The notes beneath the pieces were generated by a model. It ran no database searches. It had not been told where the DNA came from and worked only from the letters and a program-made list of their open reading frames with translations. A stretch of 64,000 nt of DNA from Centroscyllium fabricii (lineage: Eukaryota): assembly GCA_051313645.2 (NCBI GenBank), contig JBNRSN020000019.1, positions 33,728,001-33,792,000 on the forward strand. Direction: 5' to 3'. This document shows positions 13,217-25,622 of the stretch, one piece after another. Each line of letters begins with the position of its first letter. Positions within the stretch are counted from its first letter, which is position 1. Position numbers and translations under genes: made by a program.

Positions 13217-14173
13217 TCCGTCTAATTGTAGCCTGGCTGACTGCATGACATTCTCAATAAAAATTAATGATGTGTTTCATGTAGGAACTTGCAGGGTTCG
13301 CACTACATTTCTTGGTCCAGCTAGTGATGCACAAAATTAGCCTAGTACAAGTCAATACTGGCCTGCTGAGTACCTTCAAGTTAAACACTGCTCTGCGTAT
13401 TTTAAAGCACCTGAACTCGCTATCTAAGAAAATTGAATTTTCAAACACATTTTTGAAAGATTTGCCAATCGTCTTTTGGATTTGAATGAACATTTGGATT
13501 TTTAAACTGGAGAATGCAGCAGTCACTGTTGCAGTCCCCAAGGCTTTTGTAGTCATCAAGCTATGGCTGTCGTGCCTAGCAAATGGAAGCTTGAAAGCTT
13601 AGTACACACGCCAGAAATGCCTTATTCTCATACCCTCTAACAGTGGAAAGATAGCAGTCAAGAGCTTTTCTGAAACAGTCAGTCAGTTGCAAGTTCTGCT
13701 ATTTCCTGGCATTAGGACTGGTTGCATAACTGTCTAACCAGCCTCTATGTTGACTTAGAGAAGCTAATCTGTTGGAACAAGCCTCCTTGTTGCACTTAGA
13801 TTTGTGAATGTGTCTATTCTGGTGCAATCTTTAAATTCAAGAGAGAACATTGATATGAATGTAGATTTGTCACCTCGGAAAAGGATTTGGCCTAATTTTT
13901 CAAAACCAATACTTTTGAAGTTGCTTGCCTGCTGAGAGTGCCAATAGGAACATGCTTTTCAGAAGCTTTACCACAAAGGACGCTAAATGTTTTAGCATTC
14001 CTGCATTTACCAATTCTTCAAGCCAGAAAAGACTTTTTTCCTTTGATTGTCCAACAATGGAAGGCATAGAAAATAACTATTGGTTACAAGAAAAGGTTTC
14101 CTGCAGTTGATGCAAATACTGAAAAGAGACCAGCACTTTTTCTTAATAAATCAAATACAGGAGTTCAAATGTC

Positions 14174-14370
14174 AAAATAACAACAGAAAATGCTGGAAAA
14201 CTCAGCAGGCCAGGCAGCATCGGTGGAGAGAAATAGGGTCGACGGTTCGGGTTCGGACCCTTTGTCAAAACTAAAGCTGGGGAATAAAACACAAGCAGGA
14301 AGGCAGGGGGGGTGGGTGGGAACAAAGAGAACACAGCACAAAGAGAACACAGCACAAAGAGAAAAGACTT
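14174..14370 (-). mobile_element. short Penelope pLTR derivative
   Basis: Reverse complement of 10480-10640, including the GGGTCCGAACCC hairpin motif. Confidence 0.7.
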
Positions 14371-14558
14371 AGATGAGATTCTGTGGACAGGAGATATCTT
14401 GCTGATATTGGCAGTCCGATATCAAAGAAATACAACAAAAGTTAAACCGTACAAATTGGGACTAACAGTTATAAAGCAAATTAAATGAGTTAACGTTCAA
14501 ACAGTTTATCAAACTGTAAGGAACAATGTTTTAGAAGAGTTGTTGACATGAATGCCAT

Positions 14559-14953
14559 GGGCAGCACAGTGGCACAGTGGTTAGCACTGTTGCCTCACAG
14601 CACTAGAGACCCGGGTTCAAATCCTACCTCGGGTACTATCTGTGTGGAGTTTGCACATTCTCCCCGTGTCTGCGTGGGTTTCCTCCGGGTGCTCCGGTTT
14701 CCTCCCACAGTCCAAAGATGTACGGGTTAGGTTGATTGGCCATGATAAATTGACCCTTAGTGTTAGGGCGATTGAATATGTGGGGTTCCGGGGATAGGGT
14801 GGGATATGTGTCGGTGTAGGCTCGAGAGGGATATGGGGAGAGGGCAGGGGCGGGGTGCTGGGTTTGGATGACCAGCCATGATCTCATTGAATGGCAGAGC
14901 AGGCTCGAAGGGCCGAATGGCCTAATCCTGCTCCTATCTTCTATGTTTCTATG
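14559..14953 (+). mobile_element. HE1-like V-SINE, full length
   Basis: tRNA head (TGGCACAGTGG, GGTTCAAATCC), V-domain TGTGTGGAGTTTGCACATTCTCCCCGTGTCTGCGTGGGTTTCCTCCGGGTGCTCCGG, and a CR1-type tail ending (TTCTATG)n. Confidence 0.9.
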
Positions 14954-16533
14954 AATCAGGAGCAAAAGATTAATTTTCAAATGAAATGCAGATTTTTTTA
15001 AATCAATGTAAGCTTGGAAACACAGAACTTTGCTGGTATTCTCAGTAAACCAATTTTGTAATTAACAAAGGCCATAATCTCAATAAATGAGATTAATTGC
15101 CTGTGTAACAATTACTTCATTTCAAAGTCATTCACTGCATGAGAAGCACTTGCGATGTTCTGAGAAATATGAGGCACTATATAAATGCAAATTCTTTCTT
15201 TCTAAAATGTCAAAAATTTTGAGAGACCACGCACTAATATCTGTTAATAGATTTTTTTTGCCATATCTCAGTGTAAATCCTTCATCATGTCCTATTGGCG
15301 GAGTATAAAATTCATTGTACATGTTGTTAAAGGTACTGCAGGTCTTAGCTAGCAAAGTTATTAGAGTACCGAAGGTACAAGTTCTTCCCTAGAGTGGGAT
15401 ATTGTAACATTAATTAAAGCACTTGTTATTACCAACTGTACTGTGTACTATCTTAAAACTTCTTTGTATTCCGTTAGCCATGACCATAATGCAAATTCTA
15501 AAAGTAAAGCAAAATTAAATCTAATCTTTTAGCACCGGAGGTTCTGAAATAAGGCAATGCTGTGTGAAAAGGTAATTAAATGGTTAAAAACCGAGAACTA
15601 TGGACAGCATTACTTTCACCAGGCTTCTAATCTGCGAGTCAGCTTCCAATCTCACAAAAGAAACCTCATTTGCCCCAGTTAATTTTACAGATGGTTAGCT
15701 GAACATGGGATTACAGAAATTTAATTTTTTTTCCCTACATGCTTGAGTGAACACATGAATAATGTTTGCATTTTGAAGCGAACATATTAAAACATGCAAC
15801 AAAAAGATTACTGTATTTCAGTTTTTATCAGCTGATAATGTCAGCACATGCCAAAATTATACTTTCACACAACATTTAGTAGTGCTACTTGTCTAGTTGC
15901 GTGAAACCAAAAGCACACACAGTAAATTGCACCTTAGAGCTATGACAAGACTACAACAGTGATAAATGTACAATTCAATTGAATCATCTGACACAAAGTA
16001 ATTGTAAAAAAAAAGGTTGTCAGGCAAATTCTAAAAGTAAAGCATTTGTAAAGTAAAGAATTTGCCTGACAATTTCTTTTTAAATGGTGCAGATTGTAGT
16101 CGAGAGTTTGCACTACTTAACATATAAAAATGCACAAGAATTTTCCCAATGAATGCTTTTATGTACTTTGCATAAAGGTTCTGGTCCACAATGGACCAAT
16201 TTGTATCTTAAGTAACAAGGTTAAGAAATAAATCTTTGTGCAGAAATAAAACATCAAGGATAGATGATTAACTTTTGGTTGGTCATCATTTATTGCACCA
16301 AAATTCTCCTTCCAACATAGGAAGAACAAATTATCATTAACTTCTATATCATCATTTTATAATTTAAATATTTATGCCTTTGGAGGATGCATCGAAAGGG
16401 TCATTAGAATTCATTAATTCTCGGCATCTGAAATCTGTGGAAAGTTTCTTCTTATAGCACAAGTTAGAAAAACAATTGGGGCCATGTAAGGTGCGTTGAC
16501 TTGATGCCAGATTGTTCATTCATTCATTCTCGG

Positions 16534-16757
16534 GATAATAATAATTCAACTTTATTGTCATTATACAATGTACAAGTACATTAACAACGAAATGTGATCT
16601 TGCAAGCTCCCAAGAGTCATTCCATCTTTCCATCATTTTGACAATCTTCAGCCAAACACCCCTCCCCGGGGCACCTTTCGTGACCTTTTGCACCAGGTAT
16701 TCCCTGGTGGTCACCCATCCAAGTACTAACCAGGCCTGGCTCTGCTGAGCTTCCAAG
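16534..16757 (-). mobile_element. 5S rRNA-derived (SINE3-like) element with Rex1-type tail
   Basis: 16757-16690 (-) reads CTTGGAAGCTCAGCAGAGCCAGGCCTGGTTAGTACTTGGATGGGTGACCACCAGGGAATACCTGGTGC, matching the 3' part of 5S rRNA; ends ATTTCGTTG...AATGACAATAAAGTTGAA(TTA)n. Confidence 0.6.
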
Positions 16758-16789
16758 CCTTGCCAGTGACCCTGTCCCTAGTCCCAGGA

Positions 16790-17030
16790 ACAGGGATGTG
16801 GGTGTCGCTGGCAAAGCTACCATTCTTTTGCCCATCCTGGCACATTTGAAACTGAGCATCAGTGAGCGGGGCATTGGTGAGTAAGTGCCACTTGAAAGCG
16901 CTGCTGACGACTCCTTCCATCACTTTGCTGATAACTGAGAGTAGGCTGATAGGGCAGTTGTTGCCCTGCATTTTGTGGACAGTCCTGCTTTTTGTGGACA
17001 GAACATACCTAAGTAATTTTCCACATTGTT
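16790..17030 (-). mobile_element. CR1-group LINE fragment (same family as 5220-7320)
   Basis: PISLLSVISKVMEGVV peptide plus a piece of the 3' tail GGGATGTGGGTGTCGCTGGC. Confidence 0.6.
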
Positions 17031-18214
17031 GGCGCCATGTGATATCAAGTCATTTTGTTTTTCACTCCAAAGAGTTGCCAAATGCCATTAATCTTGCCAT
17101 GCTTCTTTCAGTGTGCAATACCAGTCCTCACAGTGAACCCAACAGGGTAATTTCACCAATGATAAGTGTGGGTCTTTAATGCCAAGCACTGTGCTGAGTT
17201 GAAGCTTAATGGTGAAAACTATGGACCACACCAGGATGAGAAAATTCTGGCCATATACCGTAGCTCACAGCGCCACAGAATAAATAGCTTTGTTTTACTT
17301 TGCGATTAAAATCAGCATTTTGGAGGTAGAAATTTGTTTTGCAACAAAGAGTCATCAAGTATCTTTGAACTGTTTGCATGGCCTCAAATAACACACAACA
17401 GCTTGTGATGTGGAACAAAAGTAAATTAGCAGCTGCTGTATAAATGGTTCTGAACTGTATGACTAAAAGATCAGAAATGAGGGTTTAATATAGAAATAAA
17501 CCATACTGTATGATATCAGACTACATAATTCATGAGCTGAATGCCAATTGAAATACTTTAAATAGTCTACCACTACTCTTTTTTAAAGTGAATTATCACT
17601 GCTCTCTTTGTGCCACATTAAACAACCACATTATATAAGGTTGTTTAATGAAATTGTTCAAAAGTAAATGCTTTTGTAATATTAAACAAAATTCCTCTGC
17701 AAAGTATTTTAGACCGAGCATTGGGTGGAAGGATGTACAATGCTGTATTCAATACAAGGTCTAGGTTCTGCCGGAATAGTTGAGAACAGAAATAGGTGGA
17801 AGAGAAATGGACAGTTTGGGAAGACAAAAAAAATGAAATTGGCACCGAGAGAGCGAGGAGGAGGCAGAGAATGAAATCAATATCAAGGAAGTACCAGCGA
17901 CAGGGAAAACAAACAAAAATGGCCTGAAAATCAAAGTCAAGGCAGAGACAGAACTGAAACAGACAAAAAGATAGAAAAGCATTAAGGAAATAGGGAATAA
18001 GTTGATCTGCGAAACGAGTCTCATGCAGTGGGAGATTTCCACAGTGACAATTACAACAAATCCAATAGAGAAATAAGCCACATGTGGTATAAATACCACT
18101 TGAAAATAGCAGTCAGAACAGGATAGGATCAGATTAGTCTAATTTTATCCTCATACATTTAATACAAAAGGGAAACTAAAAAGACCACAACTTCATCCTA
18201 TCCCAAAGTGTGAT

Positions 18215-19030
18215 ACATAAGAACATAAGAAATAGGAGCAGGAGTTGGCCAATCGGCCCCTCGAGCCTGCTCCGCCATTCAACAAGATCATGGCTGATCT
18301 GATCCTAACCTCAAATCTACTTTCACTCTCCATCCCACCCAAACCCATGTGATCTCCCGGGAGAGGCGAAAAAACCAGATTTAAAAACCCAGTGGCCAAT
18401 TTGGGTTAAAAAATCTGGAAAATTCCTCTCCGACCCATCTAAGCGATTGTAACTCGTCTAGGAGATCACTCTGGCCATGAATTTCCTGCAGAACCTACCT
18501 TCTGCAAGAGGTGACCAGGCCACACGGCCCCCGGGCCCGCTCCGCCACCCACAGGACCATGGCCGATCAGAACCTAGACTCACGTCCACTTACCTGCCCG
18601 CTCACCATAACCCCTAATTCCCTGTACTTCTAGGAAACGGTCTATCTCGGTTTTAAATTTATTTAATGTTGTGGCTTCCACAGCTCTCTGGGGCAGCAAA
18701 TTCCACAGACCTACCACCCTCTGAGTGAAGAAGTTTCTCCTCACCTCAGTTTTGAAATGGCAGCCCCTTATTTTAAGATTATGCCCCCTAGTCCTAGTTT
18801 CACCGACTATTGGGAACATCCTCACCGCATCCACCCGATCAAGCTCTCTCACAATCTCATTCTTCTGAACTCCAACGAGTAGAGGTCCAATCTACTCAGC
18901 CTCTCCTCATATGTCCACCCCCTCATTCCCGGGATTAACCTAGTGAACCTTCTTTGTACTGCCTCGAGAGCAAGTATGTTTTTTCTTAAATATGGACACC
19001 AAAACTGTATGCAGTATTCCAGGTGTGGTC
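18215..19030 (-). mobile_element. CR1 LINE 3' fragment with long 3' UTR
   Basis: RPHLEYCIQFWCP...LEAVQRRFTRLIPG; TRGHNLKI...RRNFFTQRVVGLWN; (TTCTTATG)n tail. Confidence 0.85.
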
Positions 19031-19149
19031 TTCTACCATCAACTCCAAGCCTCAACTGAGGCATGTTAAAGATGGCGCCCACTCTCGCCACTCGGGCGTG
19101 ACGTCAGGCGTAAAGCAGACTGTGCTGACTTTACATCAGTCACAGTTAT

Positions 19150-20172
19150 CGGCAGGCCAGGCAGCATCCATGGAGAGAGAAACAGAGTTAACATTTTAGG
19201 TCTGTGACCCTTCATCAGAACTGGAAAAAGCTGGAGATGTAACAGAGTTTAAGCAGGTGCAGATGCAGGGAGGGGAGGAAGGAACTTAAGGAACATTCTG
19301 TGCTAAGGTAGGAGGCAGGAAAGATAAAATGTTGCAAATGGGGATGGCAAAATCATACAGCCTGAAGAATGGGGGGCAGAGGTTGTAGTCTGAAGTTTTT
19401 GAACTCAATGTTGAGTCCAGAAGGTTGCAAATTTGCTAATTGAAAGATGAGGTGCTGTTCCTCGAGCTTACGTTGAGCTTCACTGGAATAACGCAAGAGG
19501 CTGAGGACAGAGAGATCAGAGTGGGAGTGAAGCGGATAATTAAAGTGACAGGCGATGAGATGCTCGGGGTCACCCTTACGGACTGAACAGAGGTGTTCCG
19601 CAAAGCCGTCGCCAAATCTGCCTTTGGTCTCCACAATGTGGAGGAGACTGCATCGTGAGCAGTGAATACAGTATACTAAATTGCAAGAAGTACAAGTAAA
19701 TCGCTGTTTGACCTGGAAGGGGTGTTTGGGGCCCTGAACAGTGGGAAGCGAGGAGGTAAAAGGCCACGTGTTGCATCTCCTGCGCTTGCACGGGAAGGTG
19801 CCGGGCGAAGGGGAAGGGCTGTTAGGGGTGATTGAGGAGTGGACCAGGGTGTAGCGGAGGGAGCGGTCCCTTCGGAATGCTGAAAGGGGAGGTGAGGGGA
19901 AGATGCATTTGGTGGTGGCATCACGTTGGAGGTGGCGGAAATGGCGGAGGATGATCCGTTTAATGTGGAGACTAGGGTGAAAGACGAGGATAAGGGGAAC
20001 CCTATCGTGGTTCTGGGAGGGAGGGAAAGGGGTGAGAGCAGCAGTGTGGGAAATGGAATGGACACGGTCAAGGGCTGTGTCAACCATAGTAGAGGGAAAT
20101 CCTCAGTTGCTGAGTGTTTCCAGAATTTTCTGTTGTTATTTCAGATTTCCAGCATTCGCAGTATTTTGCTAT
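19150..20172 (-). mobile_element. Penelope-like element, 5'-truncated, GIY-YIG endonuclease region with an inverted pLTR piece
   Basis: ORF 19353-20087 has CKRRRCNTW...FTCTSCNLVYCIHCSRCSLLHIVETK...EH (decayed GIY-YIG); pLTR at 19150-19350; opposite-orientation pLTR piece at 20110-20172. Confidence 0.9.
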
Positions 20173-22577
20173 TATAAGAAATTAACTTGAGGACTCCCAA
20201 AAACATTTCCTAAAATGTAATAATGTTTTGATGATTTAGGTTCCACACTGAATTCTATGCTCTGAAACACACATTATCTTTTTCATTTAAAGTTGCCTAC
20301 TTGCTGCATGTAATTATTGTTCTACATGGACCAGTGTTCTCACTCCCGTTACATAAAATGTGAACAGGTTGAGTACATTTCAGCTTTTTGCTCTTGTCTA
20401 TTCCCAGTCTGACCCCTCTTTCTAATCAGCACGTGACAGTATTAAATGCAACTGGCTTACCATTAATTCAGCTGATATAGAGATAGACGAGTCTGGGACT
20501 GGACTAAGGAATACATTAGTGTAAATGCTGAAATTAAGTATCCATCGGAGGACTGAGGCTTGTGTTCTCACATTCAAGAAAGTGTGCCATTCCTTTTAAT
20601 AATTACTGCAAATAACATGGGTGATATTCCTGCTGAGGTAAAACAATGAAATCAAATATGTTCTCTTCACTATCAAACCACTGCAAAAGTTCCCACCAGT
20701 TGTTCTACTTACTCATTTTATTTTACTCTTCATTGTACTGGACATAAACTACAGGATTGTGTGGTTTGTGCGCTATAAAACCAAAGGTAAAGACCAGAGA
20801 TTAGGGGTGTGAACAAATACACAACCTGCATGTTTCTGAAGTGTGCAGGAAACCTAAATACTGTACCTTCATGACTGTTGCCAAAATCAGATTTTTAAAC
20901 ATTAAACTGGTAGGCTCCTTTAGTTGAGTTCCAGAAAAAATGTAATTATGGAGCAATTGTGAAGTAGTGCAGCTTTAACTATTATGAGCTGCAGGAAGTC
21001 ATATTCATCATGTAACTAAAGTCTAAACCAATTTGATACAGTTTTAACCATGTTAAATATGCTTAATGCAGACCAACTGTCCACATCCCCGGAGCACATT
21101 TATGCTGTATAGTATAAAGTGGAATTATGAAAGTAAAAAGGAAATTCTGTTTTTTTTGTTCATTTCAATAGCATTGGAAGGAAGTGGCACAGCTATTAGA
21201 TTTTCACAATCTGCAGTTTTTGTACATCATGGTCCCAGTGAGCTAATCAGCAGTTCAGTTCACACATCAGTCACTCTAAATTACAGCCTAATTTGACAAT
21301 AAAACCCATTACTGCGCAAAACACGTCCATTTTGATAATGCATGAAGATCTTTAGACAGGCAATCCTGAAACAAGCCATTACTGACTATAGAGGACAATC
21401 ATTCGACAGTGCACGCCATTGTTCCAACGTTACAAAGTGAGATCATATTGTATTTACTAGAATATATTGGATTACCATTTAAAAAGAAAACCATACGTTA
21501 TTGACTTTCTGTAACTTCAGAAAAAATGGACGCATCTCTCAGTTAGCGTTGAGTTAGTTGCTTTGCTTCAGAATTATTCTGTATAATAATTTTGTGAAAA
21601 AGTACATTGCAAATGAGTATTATGGTGAATCAGAATTCAATCAACTATTTCTATTAATTTAACAGATCTGAATATTGATAATTTGATAAATCTTTACAAC
21701 AGTATTGTTCTATTGAAGAGCAAGTGTATTACTAATTGAGTAACGCATGCCTCTTCCTCAGTGGATAATAGAAATTGGTGGCTATTCTGGGTTCTGTTGG
21801 AATGAGGAGTACACCAGCAGCGAAAGAGAGGAACACAATAAACAGAGTAGACTCAGAGCTCTCCTAACAGGTTTCTTTTCAAATCTTTTTTCAGCTCGAA
21901 TAATTTAATAAAATATTTTAAAAGAAACTAAACATTAGGGGAACCATAAAGAGGATATTCACTCTTAATAGCCAAGCTATGCACTCCTCTCTATAATAGG
22001 TCCACAGATCGCCCAATGACTGCAACATCTCGTAGATAAACTAGAGTATAGATACCGGGAGTGAGGATAATCAGGGTTGTTAACCTATTTTTCACAGTTA
22101 CCCATTCCATTTCTGGTTAGATACACAGCTGTTCATTTGACTGTTACAACTAAAAGCCACCCGTGTAGCACCACTGTGTATGATTTCCTCTCTCTCTGGC
22201 AATAGCACCATTAACAAATTAATCCATGCCAGGAACAGATCAAATATCATAAAATTTACCCTGAAGGATTATTTAGCAATATTCTTCTTCAGCAATGCTA
22301 TTAGCGATTTCCAGCTTAGTTTAAAATAGTAAATCAATGTTAACTGGTTAGGTGCAATGCAATATGCTGTTCTACAAATGACACCTGAAGTTCTTCACGG
22401 TCATGTTCATCTTAAAACATTTTTAAATGCATTTACAATCGCATCACACCCATGGTCTATCTTTTCACCTTGGCAAATCAGCTTATATATCTATTGGCAT
22501 TTTCCGAAGTTTTTTCTTTAAATTGATGACCATTCCATCAAGTTAACAAGGAAAGCAAAGTGTATTATTTGGTAATA

Positions 22578-22944
22578 CAGGTTGAGCACCGTTAATCAAA
22601 AAACCGGCAGCTTCAGACGTCAGACAACGATTTCCCCGACTGCCCTGCGCATGCGCAACATGGCCGCCGCGTGTGGCTGCGCATGCCCGGGCCTCACCGA
22701 CTGGTCTGCGCATGCGCAACATGGCCGCCGCGCTTGGCTGCACATGCCCGGGCCTCCCTGAACGATTGATGCTTCGGCGAACGATCTGCGCATGCGCCGC
22801 CGAATGGCGAGCGCATGCGCAGACCATTCAGAATTTTGCAGTGGCCATTTTGAATGGTCTGTGCATGCGCCGCCAAAGCTTCAATCATTCGGCGTTTTCA
22901 ACAGTGCTGGTCCCGGCCCTGCCGGATTAATGAACTTCAACCTG
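22578..22944. mobile_element. Tc1/mariner (pogo/Tigger-like) MITE
   Basis: TA|CAGGTTGA...TCAACCTG|TG termini; GC-rich interior with a ~60-bp direct repeat and internal hairpins. Confidence 0.7.
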
Positions 22945-25541
22945 TGCATCCAAATCAGTAGATTACATATTGTAATAAAAATAATTACTTGTTCCATTCT
23001 TTACTACTAATGTCATTATTTCCTCATTGAACTCCAGTGTATCCATTTCATTTCGGAAAGAAACAGTAGACTAGATTTCCTAAGTGCAATATAGGGTCAA
23101 ATTTCTCAGCTAACTGCATTTCAGAAAGCTAACATGGTATTAAATCATTCTTTCTTCTCCCTTTCTGCAGATGGGTTTACAAGGCTGTAGAAGTGAGATT
23201 GTTAAAATGGCTGCAAAGGCAGAGATTGCAAAGTAGTTCTTTTATTCATTGTATTTGGGGGAAAAAAGGCTATTGTGGGCAACAGCTGTGCTTTGAAAAT
23301 GCTTACAGCCTATAAAATGGGGCGGTAAAGTGAGTTGCTCGCCTTACTGGCAGCAGGGCATGGTCCGATGTAACTGCTGCATTTTTACTTTTTAATCACC
23401 ATCTCTCTAACCGTTGAAGTGGAAACAGAACAAGTGCCAAGGCCCAACACACTTTTCTTCTCTTCCTTCCTGCTTGCCTTGCCTCACTTCTCTGTTGCTC
23501 TGGTGACAAGCAACAACGCTTGGCTTATACTAGCTGAGAATGCCTTTCCATCAGGAACAATGTGCCCTCTCCTTGTGAACTGATGCATGAAATATACAGA
23601 CTGACAGCATGTGAAACAAACCTAATTATGAGATTCCAATCATACTCCAATCACCGTGATACTGTAATTAATCTGTCCAGAGTCGCATTATTTATTATAA
23701 AAGGGATCTTTCAAAATTAAAAGTAAATTTGCAAATTATCATGGCAAATATTTTGAGAGTCCACTGTTCTCTTTTTACCAACAGTGCAGAATTCTAAAGG
23801 AGTTGTTGCACAATGTACTTTTTGAATATAAAGAAAATCATGTAAGTTATAGATTTCTCTCAATAACTGTGCTAATCATTTATGATCTAGTGTTGAAGCC
23901 CGGCAATACCGGATGCATGACATAAACAAACAGCAAGCTGAGTCTTTGTGAAATATTTACAACTGGCAGTTAGCAATAACCCTACATCAGGTTTTGTGAA
24001 GGTTGTTCTGGGACGTTAACCTTACCAAAAGGAGTCTCCTGTTCTTGATTGTCAGTGTTATGCATTAAATGCAGATGTTAAAGAATGCAGGTTTTATCAT
24101 TCCAGCACAGGATATTTGACTTTTTGAAAGTTATATGCGTCACCAACTCTACTTTTTTCCCAATATGCCAATTCCGTAGTAAATAGTCAACTAAGTAATG
24201 AAGCAACTTATATTTTTACTTGTTTTCCCTCATGAGGGTGTATTCCTGAATTAGCTCCCTCCACCACAATACCATCACCCAATATTTCTTCCTCCACCTC
24301 GCGAGACACACTGCAGCTAAAAGGACAGATGCACAGCCTGCTCTCAGGCTGTTGCCCAACCACCCGAACAGCTGGCTGCTTGGAAGCATCATTGCAAGTG
24401 TGATCCCTCCCCTTTGACTTTCCCCTCGCCCTGCTGAGAAATGCTGCGATCTCTACTCAGGATCTCTGCTTGACACAACTGGATCAGAATACCTGATCCG
24501 ATCTTGAGCCTCTGCCCATCCTCGTAGTATGCTGCTCATCATAAACTAAACAGTGCCGCTTAAATATAACATCTGCTCAACCCATACATGAGAGCTTTCA
24601 AACTGTGCATTTGAGACCGTCTAAATAGACTGCAATAGTCTTTTCTCTTCTTGTACATTCCTCTATTACATGAGGGTGAAATCATTCTTTTTAGATCACA
24701 AAATATACACTGACATTTATAATGATGCACTGGTAGACTGCTGATTCTTATATAGTTCTTAAAAGACTTCAGTTTTGTTCTCAGTAATTCATGGAAGAGA
24801 AATAGATTAGGTTTGATATACAAAGAAATATCACTATTATTACAGCTGACGAATAGTGATATTTTGTGATTTAGCAAAGTAATGTATCTTGGCAATGTCA
24901 ATAATGGTTTGTATCTGCCGATTATTAAAAAAAACTTACTTGTTTCTACTTTTGTTTCTTCGTGGGCTCCTGCCAGTGTGGATCCACCTCAAACACTAGG
25001 ATGGCACAGAAAGGGCCATGGACGTCATTGACTGCTGCCAGTGCCCTTCCTTAGATGGTGCAGCAGCAAGTCTGATTTATGTGGGGGTGGAGAGAAGAGA
25101 AAACAATGGCCTTTTTTTTCAACCCCCCCTCCACCCATGATGGAAAATTTTCAACATGTCCTCAAAGTAGAAGGCCCAGCTGAAATGTCACCGAACTAAG
25201 TTAAAAGCAAGCAAGCTTAAGTGATGAACTGCACCGTTGACATTCTGTTTGAGTTAAGAATTAAATCACTTCAGCTGCTGCATCACACCTCATTGCTAAA
25301 GCGAAAGTAGTATCCTCATCTGAGATTTGGATTTTTGAAGTAAAGTATTTTTATTCTAATTGTTTATGTCCCCAAATAGACATCTCGTTGCTACATTTCT
25401 TCTTTTAACCAGGAAGACAACAATAATTCATTGCACACATCACAACAGACAGTATCAGTGGGGATCTGAGATTGGTTAACAGAAGCAGTACATTTCTGTG
25501 GGATACCAAATATCAACTGCTGGTTGCATTCTGTTCACCAG

Positions 25542-25622
25542 TCACCTCAAGGGGGGACTTTCTGCTGTTGCACACTATTTTCATCTAATGTTCCTGCTAA
25601 GAACTGATGTAACGTACGAACA
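25542..25622 (+). other. candidate non-coding 5' UTR exon of LRRN3
   Basis: TTCTGTTCACCAG| acceptor and ACA|GTAAGT donor in repeat-free DNA; alternative acceptor TTCTTTTAACCAG| at 25412. Motif evidence only. Confidence 0.3.

Noticed and set aside
14559-14635. tRNA gene (also 3410-3497, 52900-52974, 62650-62726)
   Set aside because: A/B boxes run directly into SINE bodies and LINE-derived tails; these are SINE heads.
16690-16757. functional 5S rRNA gene
   Set aside because: Only about 68 nt, several substitutions, no 5' portion and no tandem array.
22640-22870. CRISPR-like or iteron array
   Set aside because: Vertebrate DNA; the repeats are irregular, lack unique spacers and lie inside a MITE.
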